The notes: generated by a model not told the origin, from the letters alone. A stretch of DNA of 63,919 bases, filler included, from Craspedostauros australis (GCA_030167865.1; 15 parts of 15 records of this genome joined end to end with filler, not necessarily neighbours in it); one strand, 5' to 3'. Shown: positions 48,862 to 62,484, counted from the first letter of the whole stretch. Numbers and translations: made by a program.

Positions 48862-49791
48862 CCCATACGCTCACGAACGATAACGGTGTTGGGGACAGCG
48901 ACAAAATCAGAAGGAGGACAGCTAGAAGAACAAAGACACAGAGGCGCCAACCACTATTGCAACCACTACCCCTGGCATGTCAATGTTGGCACCAACCAGC
49001 GCCCTGACTTCAGCTCCATCATCAGCGCTGTCGTTGGCTTCAACTCCTACCCAACAAGCCCCAATTTCGGCTCCGTTCAGCAACCCGACTGCCGCATCTT
49101 GGATACCAACAGCAACACCAACCTCAGCCCCAATTGCACCAACAGCTGGCCCGACCTTGGCAGCAACTAGTCCACCGATGTCTGCTCTGACCAGGGCTGC
49201 AACTTCCACACCAACTTTTGCACTGCCATCTGCACCGGCCTTGGTGCCATCTCCAGCCCAGACATTCGCTCCAAATCCAGCACCCACTGCATCTCCAACA
49301 GTGGCTCCAACTGTGTTCAATGCCTCCATCGTCGCCATCTATGATTAACATGATACAGCCACAGATGACACTCTGGGAGATATCAAGACTTTGTTTTGCA
49401 ACAGGGATGAGGCGTCGTGTCGCAAGGCCATTCTTGATGTCCGCAGTCTTCCAGACCTCCAGATGTTCTTTGCATGCACTGGGGATGATTCAAGTGAGGG
49501 AGAGCCCCATGCTGTGTTCAACAACTCCGCTTCCAACTCAGAGCTTTCTCAACAGCTCAAGGTGGACTTGAGCACAGAAGCTCAATTCGTCACTGCCTTC
49601 AAAGGAACCCCGATGACAATGAAATGCACAAGAAATGCTGGCATAACCTTCTGCACCACCAATGGTGACTGCTTCTCTACTTCCAATGGCAGTTGCATGT
49701 TCCAGATCAGGGCCTCTACAGAGATCTCAACTCAGTACTCCAATTCCGGTGCCTCATGCTGCAGCGTGATGCAGTGCATGACGCTTGTGGC
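48862..49791 (+). pseudogene. Pseudogenised paralog of the Cys-rich/PT-repeat secreted protein
   Basis: PT-rich linker followed by 'FCNRDEASCRKAILDVRSLPDLQMFFACTGD', matching 'ICDATKPSCREAVTAVKESAELQNFFACAGD' of 39798-42657. Stops and frameshifts. Confidence 0.75.
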
Positions 49792-51316
49792 NNNNNNNNN
49801 NNNNNNNNNNNNNNNNNNNNNNNNNNNNNNNNNNNTTAATTAATTAANNNNNNNNNNNNNNNNNNNNNNNNNNNNNNNNNNNNNNNNNNNNCATAACTAT
49901 GGCATTGCATGAACTGACCATCATGATTGGCCGGTTGGGTCGTGGCGTTATGTCAAAGTTCTTATTTGGTGGGAATGCAATGATGTCTGCGACAGGTCAC
50001 GAAGACACCGATGTCCACAACACGAGGGGAGTTCTCACGTTTCCTGTTAAACAAATATCGATTGCGTACTTGTGAGCACAAATATAATGTCAAATAGAAA
50101 ATCGATGTTTCGTGATTTTGTCATTGCGTCGTTCTTCGCATGTTGCACAGTGTTCTATTTCGTCTGTGGAACTGAAGGACGGTTTGGACTTACGGAACAG
50201 AGCGTGACGTCACGTTAAGAATTAACCTTCCGACCATTCGGACAAGTGAAAGCACACGAACCAACTCTTGCACAGTGTTTCAACGACAGAAACGCGGAGG
50301 CATGGCGCCAGACAAGCAGTCTAAATGTGGAGATGCTGTCCTCTGTTTGTATGGTACGTTTCATAATGTATCTACACACATTAGTATACCAATTCTTGAT
50401 GGTACTCCGATGGGTACCGAAGGTCAACAAGGATGCGTCAGACCAGGGTGGGAGGCGACTGGGTAAATGGTCTCCCGCAGCTCCCAAAGTTGGGCACTAC
50501 GACACGGCGTCGAACCGATGACAAAAACGATAAGTTGCAATCATTTCGGAACGGAGGAATACGTAACAATAGAGAATTCTCGCAGCCCGATTTCGGAGTC
50601 CCGCGGAGGAATCATAACCAGATAGAGACATTTTGTGTGGGGTCGCCCCAAAAAACGAAATCGGAATCCGGTTTCAAATGGGCTCTCGGAACCGGGATAA
50701 TCAATTCTTCCCGATTTCGTCGAGTCCCGCGAAAAGGTCTTTCAAGTTTAGATCTTTCGTAACTGACCAATCACATGCTTCTTTCGTTGCAGAGTGTGTT
50801 CTTCTGTCCAGAAGTAAGTTTCCTTGTGACAACCTCCTCGTTTCTCTTCTGTTGGCGGAGAGATCTGGAACGTGTGTTTTTTCTCTATCGTGTGAAGCTG
50901 TGTTCGTTGCCTGCTAAACACATGCTCCCTGCGAATCTCCACGCAACACAGGAATACTCCTTTTCTCAACGCATCGTGGCCATGTGCACGGTGTTGCGCC
51001 ATACTTCCGGTTCTTCGCCTCTTCCGCCACCCACTGCGTTGGTCACTGAATCGCATGCCATGTNNNNNNNNNNNNNNNNNNNNNNNNNNNNNNNNNNNNN
51101 NNNNNNNNNNNNNGCCATGTTCCAACGCATCCGTTGCATCGTCCTTTGTTTCCAACACGACTACTCCTTCTCAGTCGCATCAAATGCAACTATCCAACGT
51201 ATCCGTTTCATCGTCTTTCCCTGACAGCACGACGACTCCTTCTCCATTGAATCAAATGCAATCATTCACTGCATTGCTCCATGCCAACCCGATTGTTTCT
51301 ATGATTCAAGTCACAC

Positions 51317-52603
51317 ATGCTCCAACTCATCCCGTCGCGTAACTTCACCATGGTCAAGATTCCAACCTCTTCTTCATCGATTCCAACGTCCACCTCTTCT
51401 GACAAAGATGAGAATGCGGAAATCGTAAACCAGCCTCCATCGCCCCCTCCCATTCGATGCGGCAATGGTGTTGCTGCTGTGCAAGATGTATCCAACATCA
51501 CCGCTACGGCCTTCCTCAAACCTGCCCCAACCAACTCTCATGAAGCAACCGTTGCACCATCATCTCCAGAGGCCATCTCTACTCCTTGCCGCATTGTCAC
51601 TCCCAGCAACAACACCAGGACTGTCAAAGTTCAACGCAATCCTCGTCTCATCTACATCACCAAACATGGTCGCTACCCCTGGTTCCAAGACCCCAAGGTG
51701 GCCGATGTCATCTTCATCGACCACATCATGTCATTGGAGCCAAAGCCATGGGAGAAGCGTGTCAGTGAATCCTGGGAGGCTGTTGCTAAGCACCTGGAGA
51801 AGACTTACCCAGATTTGTTCAAGCCCTTTCCNGTGGAAGCAAGCAACTCCAAGCCCAAGATGAACAGATACCAGTACCGCTTCGANTCTCTGATGCAGAT
51901 GGTGGTCAAGTTCAACAAGTTNGCCCCACATCGCAGTGGGCAAGACAATGAGCCATGCACTCCTCATTTGAAGAAGCTTTCAGTGTTGCAGGAGCACCAC
52001 AGCTCCTTGAAGCTCAACAAGAAGAAGGCAGCGGCTCGTGCCAAGCTGGGAGAAGAAGCAGCTGAGGAAATGCAGCTTGCTATGCTCAACCGCCGAAAGA
52101 AAGCAACACCGCGCCAGCCTCCAGCTGACAACGACCAGAAGCAGGCTGCTGTGGGACAGCCTACGAAGAAGCAGAAGCAACAAGATGTGTGGGATGCAAC
52201 AAAGCAAACCACAGCATTGGTTGAGAAGCTGATGGAGTCGCGTGCAGCCCTCCTTGCACGCATGGACAATCCTTCACCCACGGCCGCAACTACCAATGGT
52301 GCAGCCCCAGATATCAGCAGCAGCATTTCCGAACTCATTCGTTTGCAGCGAGCTGCAGAGGAGCGCCAGGAGGCAAGAGCAGCCGTGGAGGCAGAGGAAA
52401 GGCGGCAGCTTCGTCTTCATCAACAGTATCAGATGGCGGAATCGCGTCGCCTCGAGGATCATCGGTTGGCCGAGTCTCGCCTCTTCGAACAGGAGCGCTC
52501 CCATCGACAGGCCGCGCTCAACACAAGCATCGAATCCATGATGCAAATGCTGGCGAGATTCCTCCAGGACAAGACTGAACGTCGTGACCACTCCACAGAA
52601 TGA
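51317..52603 (+). CDS. Myb/SANT(trihelix)-like protein with C-terminal coiled coil, probable Harbinger/PIF accessory protein
   Basis: 428-aa ORF with 'SESWEAVAKHL...YQYRF.SL...RSGQDNE' and an E/R/Q-rich coiled-coil tail. Confidence 0.55.
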   Translation: MLQLIPSRNFTMVKIPTSSSSIPTSTSSDKDENAEIVNQPPSPPPIRCGNGVAAVQDVSNITATAFLKPAPTNSHEATVAPSSPEAISTPCRIVTPSNNTRTVKVQRNPRLIYITKHGRYPWFQDPKVADVIFIDHIMSLEPKPWEKRVSESWEAVAKHLEKTYPDLFKPFXVEASNSKPKMNRYQYRFXSLMQMVVKFNKXAPHRSGQDNEPCTPHLKKLSVLQEHHSSLKLNKKKAAARAKLGEEAAEEMQLAMLNRRKKATPRQPPADNDQKQAAVGQPTKKQKQQDVWDATKQTTALVEKLMESRAALLARMDNPSPTAATTNGAAPDISSSISELIRLQRAAEERQEARAAVEAEERRQLRLHQQYQMAESRRLEDHRLAESRLFEQERSHRQAALNTSIESMMQMLARFLQDKTERRDHSTE

Positions 52604-52777
52604 TGGAATCAGAATGCATCAGTTGATCCAAGAACACAAGGTAAGTACATACATGTCAAGCGATGTGGAATATCGGTNNNNNNNNNNNNNNNNNNNNNNN
52701 NNNNNNNNNNNNNNNNNNNNNTTAATTAATTAANNNNNNNNNNNNNNNNNNNNNNNNNNNNNNNNNNNNNNNNNNNN

Positions 52778-53195
52778 GGCCCCATTCAGCGAAGTACAGT
52801 ATTTTTCTGCGGATTTGAGATACTGAAACGTGATATTATTAGAACATGATTTTTCGTGTTGTACATTAGGGTTAGATAAATCTAGCTAGCTTCTACGACA
52901 CAAATACCTGGCTGGATTGTCTTCACCGCGGACGAAAATGATGACGTTGTTGACGGTCGATATCAGACGGCGATGACACCCAACAGGGTGGATGGTGACG
53001 TTGTGGCAGATTCGATGTTGCGTTGATTTCTCGCGTTGTTGGTGATTTGGCTCGGTTTGGTGTTTCCTCCTTTGGGCGTGTCGTGTCAAACAGCACAGCG
53101 TCGGCGGCATCCCTGCGCATCAGCTGCAACAGCAACACTTGCGAATACCACACAGCACAGTATTATAGAATATAATGTAATGGAGCACAATGACT
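52778..53195 (-). repeat. Dispersed repeat D, copy 2
   Basis: Homologous to 38420-38835. Confidence 0.8.
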
Positions 53196-55787
53196 TATTC
53201 TGTGGTGTGCAAAACATTGTACTATTTAATGCGATGCTTAGTTTGTCAATACAAAGTCCTGCGCAACCTGCGTTGCTCCCCTTGAACATGGGACGTCATG
53301 TTCATCTGCTGAGCTGATGGCACGATGCGGAAAGAGACTGGTGGCAGCAGCGTCGTTTCCTTTGTTGTTTCTCGTGTTGTGTTTTGTGTCGTTGTCGGTT
53401 GATTTTGACCTTTCCTGTTGTGGCAGCCATCATTGTGCAAATCACAACACGATTTGGGCAGGAAGAAGGAACCAAATGACCACATTTTTCCCAATTCCAT
53501 GGTTCCGTTTGCATGATCTGGCGTCAGAGCACGTTTTAGAGATTCCGATCCTGGTGGTGAGACAGACGTTGAATTTGTCATTTTGAGGGATCGAGCAGAG
53601 ACAAACAACACGAGAATGGGCTCCACTGCCNNNNNNNNNNNNNNNNNNNNNNNNNNNNNNNNNNNNNNNNNNNNNNNNNNNNNNNNNNNNNNNNNNNNNN
53701 NNNNNNNNNNNNNNNNNNNNNNNNNNNNNNNNNNNNNNNNNNNNNNNNNNNNNNNNNNNNNNNNNNNNNNNNNNNNNNNNNNNNNNNNNNNNNNNNNNNN
53801 NNNNNNNNNNNNNNNNNNNNNNGTTGAATGTGACAGTTTTGCTCGAGTGTTGCAATCCTTGCCTTCCACACGGAATACAATCAGTGAGAGGGATAGGCTG
53901 AGGATCGTCGCGAGCTGCCAGCTTGAGAATGGATCCAAAATAGTAGAGTGAAGTACAGTGGAGCCGAGGCGATTAGCACCGTACAATAGTGCAGTAATAA
54001 GAATACAATAGCTGCAAGCAATTTGTGTGCGATAGCGAATACTGTCATCGTCCCTGCGTTCCATGCCTGATTGTCTGCGTCGTGGTTGATCGGCAGAGAA
54101 GATGGGCAATGGTTGCGGCGTGTGTCGCGGTGTGTGTTGTGTCCACCACTTCGGAAAAATCTCTGTATTCGTGGTCACGTGAAGGAAGTACAACTGTCAT
54201 TCTTGCATCACGCATGTCACAGCGACCGCTTGTGAACAACGCAACAGCAACCATGGACACTTATCACATATCAGAAACAACTTCGGTTCGCCTGCATACA
54301 TGATCCAACATTGTCGTCGTTGCCTCTGTCGTTGTGGTGTGCTTGTTCTGTTCCTCACTTTGTGATCGCATTCATGAATGAGCCATGTCGTATCGATGGC
54401 GTCGGGTCTGTCTATTGGCAACAAACGACATTCATCACTAAATGGTGGGCATGCAAAGCGCAGCCATCAGACAAGGCACAAGAACACAAACGTGCACGGC
54501 GGAGGGAGGAACGGGCTGCGCAAATCAACATAAACGCACGCACCACAACAAACAACGAAGATCACAACAACAACGATNNNNNNNNNNNNNNNNNNNNNNN
54601 NNNNNNNNNNNNNNNNNNNNNNNNNNNGAAGATCACAACAACAACGATGCTGAAAAGGTAGTCGACATGCCTCCACGAATATCTCAGCTGCACATCAGGC
54701 AACACATCGGCCGCCACCATCATGGAATCCTCCACTGAGGAAGCAGCACGCGAAGGTGGCCGAGCCCAGGATCTTCTTCTCGTTTGTTTGGAGGCATGGA
54801 TCCAAGCTTTGCGTATTGCGAAGGTCGCNNNNNNNNNNNNNNNNNNNNNNNNNNNNNNNNNNNNNNNNNNNNNNNNNNNNNNNNNNNNNNNNNNNNNNNN
54901 NNNNNNNNNNNNNNNNNNNNNNNNNNNNNNNNNNNNNNNNNNNNNNNNNNNNNNNNNNNNNNNNNNNNNNNNNNNNNNNNCTTGAATGCTATGGGCGGCG
55001 CCACCGCAATATCTGTTATGCGCAGAAGTGATCTAGATATGGATGTGAATGTGGATACAACCGACTGTCTTTGCGATGGCGGAGGTGACGTGGTATGCCA
55101 TGAAGACGCTCGTGATTCGTGCCTGTTTCCTGTTCCCTGTTCCAGCAGTGCGCACATGAAGAATGGAGTGTTGTAGAGAGATCTGACGACGACCATGTCG
55201 CACGACGAGTTCACGAGTATGGAGCTGCGAGTATAGTGCGAAGATAGTATGGTGCGATTATAGTATGGATATGATACGAGAAGGGAGCAACTACGATGCG
55301 AGTAGAGCACACCACCAGAGTACATCGGGAGTACGTTTAGAAGCAGAATGCGATAGTCGAATGGTACATTCCTTGTTTCGGGACATTATTCTATTCTGTG
55401 GAGGACTCGGCGTTCTTCTCGCCACTTCTCAGAAACGATTTGAAGAAGGAGGCTTGGATCGACACTCTCTGCTCCCAATCATATTTCATTACCCTTTCCA
55501 TCAACCATTCAAACACAGCATACGACGTGATCCTGTCGGTCCTGTCTTTGCTTTCTTGGATTACCTCGCACGCAGCTTTTCGGACCTTTTCAGATAGCTG
55601 TGGNNNNNNNNNNNNNNNNNNNNNNNNNNNNNNNNNNNNNNNNNNNNTTAATTAATTAANNNNNNNNNNNNNNNNNNNNNNNNNNNNNNNNNNNNNNNNN
55701 NNNCTCATGGACACTCTTGCGATTGCGTTCGACGGTGTTGGTAGTGGTGGTGGTTTTGATTCTGTTTTGGAGTCTCCCAATGCTCTC

Positions 55788-56596
55788 TATCGAGATGTAC
55801 ATACGTGTATGTGTCAAGATGTACGTGTAAATGTGCATCGTTCACCTGCTATTCTCTCATACGCACTTGGACGGTACAACTACATTCGTGTCAATAATAT
55901 GCTATGATTTTGCCAAATCACAGCACAAATGGAACACACGAAAATGAGCAGTTTCGAGAGGAAATTTGCAATCAACGATTTTTGAGAGTATTAAGAACAT
56001 TGTCCATCCATCCATCCATCAATAGAAATGTATGGTACCAAGCAAATCTTGAGGTACCTCCCAACTAAACCTGAGATGATGACATCATGTGACAGACCAT
56101 CGCATCACCAATGGAACATGACATCTGGAGAGCAGAAGGATGCCTACTGATGTCGACAGGATGTCATCATGTCACCACGTCAACATCTGTCTCCAAGTCA
56201 GAGCAGGAGGCGAAGATCCGAATGACCGATGGGCATCAGGATCATGGATACGGGAGATGAACTTCAAATGGTAAGTACTCATGGAGTAGGAACCAGTACT
56301 GAATGAACAGAGTGTCGAATGCGGAGTACACTTTGAACACAGAGTATCGTGTAGCATGAACACACAATATTGAGAGAGAGAGAATACGAATAGCAGCAAG
56401 AGAGCATCTCATGTACCAACTCGTAGTCGGAGACCCAATCTACAAAACAGACAGATGTGCCAAGAGCATCGGGCAAGAGAACGAGCATACACCGAGAGGA
56501 TTGGAGTGCTCAAGTAATGAAATAGCAAACAGAATGACTATCAACCAACACTGTCTTCCACGATTGTAGGCTTCCGAGGTCCGGAACTTGCCAACA
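55788..56596 (+). mobile_element. 5' LTR-A of a near full-length copia element
   Basis: TATCGAGATG (TG>TA) ... GGAACTTGCCAACA, followed by the internal region and gag. Confidence 0.92.
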
Positions 56597-56677
56597 TGTT
56601 TATAAACAATAGATCAGGGAGAGCCCGCGGATCGGATCGTGCGAGGAAGACAACATCATTCAAAAGCAGCAGGCTGA

Positions 56678-59600
56678 ATGAGCGAGGAAGAGGAATTGAA
56701 AGACATCCCTCTGTCCAATCTGGCTATCAAGCAAGAAGAAGGTGCGAGTGAGACTTGATCACGACAAGAGAAGGAAGTAGCTGAGGCTACTGTCCTATCA
56801 GGCACAGAGGCAAGCACAATCAACGAGACCGAAGAGGAACAGTCTACAAGACTACACCGCGAGGAGAAGAGCATTCTCAAGGCGATCAAGCAAGAGGAGA
56901 CTGGTGTGACGAAGAGCATTCGCACAGCCAAACAGGGTGTGAAAAGTGAGACACCATCTGGAGGAGAATTTGTGACGAAAAATGTCTCCGCGCAACAACA
57001 GGCGAAAATCGAGGAATCGGCAACACAGAAACAGACGGAAATCAAGGGCACGAGCGCACCAACGACGAAACGACAAGACAAAATGGCGACATCAGCCAAC
57101 ACGAACAAGTGGCGCATCAAAGCGCCGATGTTCAGCGGTGAACAAGAGGATTATAGCGCATGGGAGTCCCAAGCAAAAGCATACGCTCGTACACAGAAGA
57201 CGAGAGACGTGATGTTGGGCAAGACAAAGATTCCAACAGTGAGTGAGATCGCAGCAGCCACCGACGAAATCAAGGAGGCAATGGAGGAAACCTACGAGCT
57301 GGCAGGCAACTGCTTCAGCGATCTGATCCTCATGATGGACACAGAGAAGGGAAAGGGCAAGCAGGCCATCCAATACATCAATCAATGCATCTCCGACGAT
57401 TACCCTGATGGGAATCCACACGCAGCGTGGAACGTTCTCGCGGAGAAGTTCCGGCCATCCGATGCGGTGACGAAGATCAAACTCAAGCGTCAATTCAACA
57501 ACGAAAAGATGAAGAAAGACTCAGACCCCGACGTATACATCACGCGACTCGAGATACTGTGCTCCCGTCTCCACGATGTCGGATACACGATCACGGACGA
57601 GGAAATGATCATGCAAATCCTCAGTACGGTGAGCGTGGAATACAGAACACACGTCGTGAGTTGCAACCACCAACTCACGTTCAATCCGACAGTGGTCACC
57701 ATCAACACAATCAGAGGAGTACTCCGTGAAGCACATACCACGCATCAAGGCGGAAAGGTATACATCGACGATTTCCAAGACAGCAATACGAAGAGCAATG
57801 ACGCCGGCTTCACAAGCACTGGTAACTTCAAGGGCACCTGCCACAACTGTGGTGTGTATGGTCACAGATCCACCGATTGCCCAGAACGCAAGAAATCGAA
57901 CAACAAGAAAAACAACAACAACAACAACAAGATGAACGGAAAGCGTAACAACAACCGCAACAAGGGAAGCAGCTTCAACGGGAAGTGCAACTACTGTGGC
58001 ATCTTCGGACATCGCGAGGCGGAGTGCCGAAAGAAGAAGCTCAACAAGAACAAGAAGACCAACGAACAAGCCAACACGGCAACGGAAGGACACGACAAGA
58101 GCGGGCACGAGATGGTACTCTTAGCAAAGGACATGCCGCTCTGCATGTTGGTGTCCGACGACTACATCGAAGACTCCTTCTTCGATAACTTCGAGTGCGT
58201 CGGGAGTGACAACGAAGTGGTGGACGATGAAATTGTCCCGGAGTGGCTCAGTAAAGAGCCCATCATCCGCGAGGTGGATCCAAGACGCGAAGTGAGCTAC
58301 GAATGCTGCTTCAACGCAAACGACCTGATCGGTCCATACAGCGACAGAGCTGAGATGGGCAACGAGGCCATCGATAGCGACATCGAGGAGGCCATGAGTG
58401 AAGAAGATGACGACGAACCCAACAAGAATGACAGAGGCCGAGACGAAACGAACAGCGGCGCGGCGCCGGCTCCTCCGGCGGCGGGGAACAACAGATCGGG
58501 TATCTTCGACGAAGACGACAGTGATGAAACAGAAGATCATCCAGACGACAGCTTCAACCCAAACGAGCGTGTCGTCTACCCAGGGAACATCGACTTCCCA
58601 CCAATCGAGGATCACAACGACTCCAACTACCTCCATCGTCATGATACCGTCCCATATGCAACAGAGACAGCATTGATAATCCAAAAGCAACTCATCTTCG
58701 ATACCGTAATGGAAGCAGGAGTGAAGATGTACCCAGGAGTCGCACAAGGAGTGCTCAGACCAATATGGGTGAACATGATGGGATCCATCCTATCGGAGAA
58801 CTTCAGATCCATCGAAGAGATTCTCGCCAATTCGGTCGTCATCAACCGCATATTGGAAGCGGATGACACAGAGACGATTCCAGAGACGGATCTCCATTAC
58901 ATCCTTGGAGGGTGCATGCGTGTACTCCTGCGCGAGCGACCACGCGTCAACCCATACGATCCAGCCACAGGATCACATCGGAACAATACGATTCCATCGG
59001 ACGACGCACAACTACCTGACAACATGGACGACGAGGAACATCATAATCCATACAACGAAGATGGAGTTCACGAAGACGACGATGACGGCAGCTTCGACGA
59101 CGAGATAGCTGCGGCAGCCGTGGAGCAGCTCCACGAGCTGAGTACCAAACACAAAGACAAGGTCAACAAGGACACCTGGCTCGCCAACAGTGGAGCTTCG
59201 TGTCACATCGTCAATTCGGACGCTGCTCTCTTCAACGTGCGGCACATCAAGTCCTTCGTCCAAGTGGGAGACAGCACGAAGCTGGATTCTCCCAAAATGG
59301 GATCCATTCGCTTGAAGGTCAAGCAACGAGACAACACTGGCCACATCATCCGGCTCGATGACGTGAAGTACACACCNAANATGGCGGTGAACCTTTTCTC
59401 NNCNAACAAGGCTCTGTACAACGGTTACCAGCTTGGTAACAACGGCATTCTGATGGACATCATCAACGGATCCGGAATGAAGATCGTGTTCGATCGAGTC
59501 TTCCCCACATCGAACGGATTCATCACGGGAGTGCAAATGCATCCCATCATGCCAACAGACGACGATAAGGCTTGCACAGCCATCATCAAGAATCCATCCA

Positions 59601-62484
59601 AGGAGATCAGCGCAGTGAACTTGCATCGAATGCTCGGCCACGCGCCACTCNNNNNNNNNNNNNNNNNNNNNNNNNNNNNNNNNNNNNNNNNNNNNNNNNN
59701 CACTCGAAACCATGAAGCGGACAGCCGCCCAATACGGATGGAAGATTATCGGCGAGATGCCGGTATGTCGCGACTGCGCGGTCGCGAATGCAAGAGTAAA
59801 GAACATTCCAAAGGCAACAATTCCAAGAGCAACTCGCCGCGGCGAACGGCTTTTCATTGACATTAGTTACACTAAACACATAAGCTTCGGAGATAAACGC
59901 TACTGGACCCTGATCGTGGACAACTGCACGGATCACTGCTGGAGTTTCTTTCTCAAGAACAAGAGTGATCAACCAGGGTACATCAAACGATTCGTCCAAA
60001 CGATCAAATCACAGACTGGTGATCAACAAATCATCTTCCGAGGTGACAACAGCGGAGAGAACAAGTCCACGGAGGATATTCTCATCGATGCAGGACTCAA
60101 CGTGAAAATCGAATTCACGGCATTGAACACGCCGCAACAGAACGGCAGAGTGGAACGCAAGTTCGCGTACCTCTATACCAAGATCCGCTCCATGCTCAAC
60201 GGAGCACAACTCGACGAAGAGTATAGACATGGCCTGTGGGCAGCAGCTGCGAGCACTGACACCGCCATCGCCAACATCACCGTAGCGAAGAACCAGAAGG
60301 AGTCACCATACCGCCAATTCTTCGGAAGCGATCCACCATACGCGGATGCACTCCGCACTTTCGGAGAGGTGGGTGTTGTGAAGACCACCTATGGCGGGAT
60401 CACCGCCAAGCTCAAGAATAGAGGAGAAGAGATGGTGTTCATCGGATATGCACGCCAACATGCATCAGGGGTCTACAACATGTACAGACCATCGATCAAA
60501 TCACTGATCTGCTCTCGCGATATCAAGTGGCTCAACCAATCATACGGACAGTTCCGTGGCTGGGCACCAGCACCGAACACATCCAATGAAACAGGAACAA
60601 CGGACGCAGACGGCTTCACAACCATTGGACGGAAGGGAGCAATGCCGAAGACGGCAATGCGTCGAATATCAGAAGCAAAGAGAGTATCTTTCGCTGACAG
60701 CAACAGGTATCACATCCTATCAGACAGCAATGATGAGCATGATGAGGACGATGGAGTAGTAACTCAACTAATCAATGACGACAAGGAAGATCGGAGTGAA
60801 TCCAATCATGAGGATGACAAGATCGTACCATCCGGCAACGAAGCCGACGATGACACAGGCGTTACTCCTCCGAACACACCAGCGAGGTCTACACATGACA
60901 CACCATCCAGACCTCCACCAACCAAGCCAAGCAAGCATGACATAGATAGAAAGGAGAGAATCCGACGTCATGAAGCACGAGGCAGGAAGGGAGAAGCTAA
61001 TCCTAAGTCAACTACAGGGAAGTGTATTCCTAGAGCTCTGCGTGAGCTCGCAGACTTCAACGAACGAGGTCGAAAGGAGGAAGGCTATGAGAGCAAGTCA
61101 TCATCTAATGACGATAGTGACAAACTGAGCGATGAGATAACCGACGAGTCCAACAACGAAACTACAGATGACGAAGAAATCGTGGATGAAGGAGAAATCG
61201 AGATCACTCACCATAGCACAACAGGACTATACGGAATGAACGCAATCATCACCGACGCACCAGCGATCGACATCGGGCTGTCGATGCAGGACGAGAACAA
61301 GGAACCAGAGAAGCATATCGAACCAACGACATTCGATGGAGCTTTCAATCACCCAGATCCCATCCATCAAAAGGGATATCGAGCAGCCATCAACAAGGAG
61401 TTCGACTCCATGGATACACGCAAGGTATACAGCAAGATCAAACGAGACGCCATTCCACGCGGCTGCAGATGCTGCAAATGCAAATGGGTCTTCAAGCTGA
61501 AGCGTGACGGCACACATCGAGCGCGGCTCGTTGCATGTGGCTATTCACAANNNNNNNNNNNNNNNNNNNNNNNNNNNNNNNNNNNNNNNNNNNNNNNNNN
61601 NNNNNNNNNNNNNNNNNNNNNNNNNNNNNNNNNNNNNNNNNNNNNNNNNNNNNNNNNNNATGTCGTAACGGCATTCCTACATGGAGACCTCGACGAGGAG
61701 ATCTACATGAACTGTCCCAACGGGATGGATCATCAACCAGACGAAACCCTGACCCTACACAAGCCAATCTACGGACTTGTGCAGAGCGCCAGGCAGTGGT
61801 TCAAGATATTGGTGTCGACTCTCAAGAACATCAACTTCGAACAGAGCGCAGCAGACCCGTGCCTGTTCTACAGGAAGACGAACGAAGGAAGCATGATCGT
61901 GGCCATCTACGTGGACGATTGCTTCTGCTGCGGAGACTCCAAGGCATTGGAGACCTTCCTGAAGGACATCCAAGGCAGCAAGTTCAAGGTAACAATCGAG
62001 CGTGGACTCGGAGATTACCTCAGCTGCAACATCGAACTGAACCATGACAAGACCAGAGCAACGTTGCGTCAACCACATCTCATCCGACATCTCATCGAAG
62101 AGTTCGGAACCAAGGTTGAGAAGATGCAACGCTACGCGACACCGGGAACCCCGGGTCAAATCATCGTACAACCATCCGAAGATAACGGACTACAGAAGGT
62201 TGGACCGAAAGAACATGCCGAATACCGCCGAGGCGTCGGTATGCTACTCTTCCTCAAGCACTCGCGACCAGATATCGCGAACCCTGTGAGGGAACTCTCC
62301 AAGGTATTGATCGGGCCCACCAAGGCCGCAATGAAGGAGATGTATTGGATCATCAAGTATGTGATCGATACAAAGGACTATGGATTGAAGATCCATCCAA
62401 CGCGTCCAGATGACGACGGCTGGGACATGGAGCTCTTCTGCGATAGCGAATATGCAGGAGACAAGAACACGAGAATCAGCGTAG
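56678..62484 (+). mobile_element. Ty1/copia gag-pol (Gag, 2 CCHC knuckles, PR, INT, RT, start of RNase H); inactivated, 3'-truncated
   Basis: CHNCGVYGHRSTDC and CNYCGIFGHREAEC; PR 'WLANSGAS' (catalytic D>N); HHCC zinc finger; INT 'FIDI/GDNSGE/NGRVERK'; RT 'YVDD'. Order INT-RT defines copia. Premature TGA at 56756. Confidence 0.97.
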
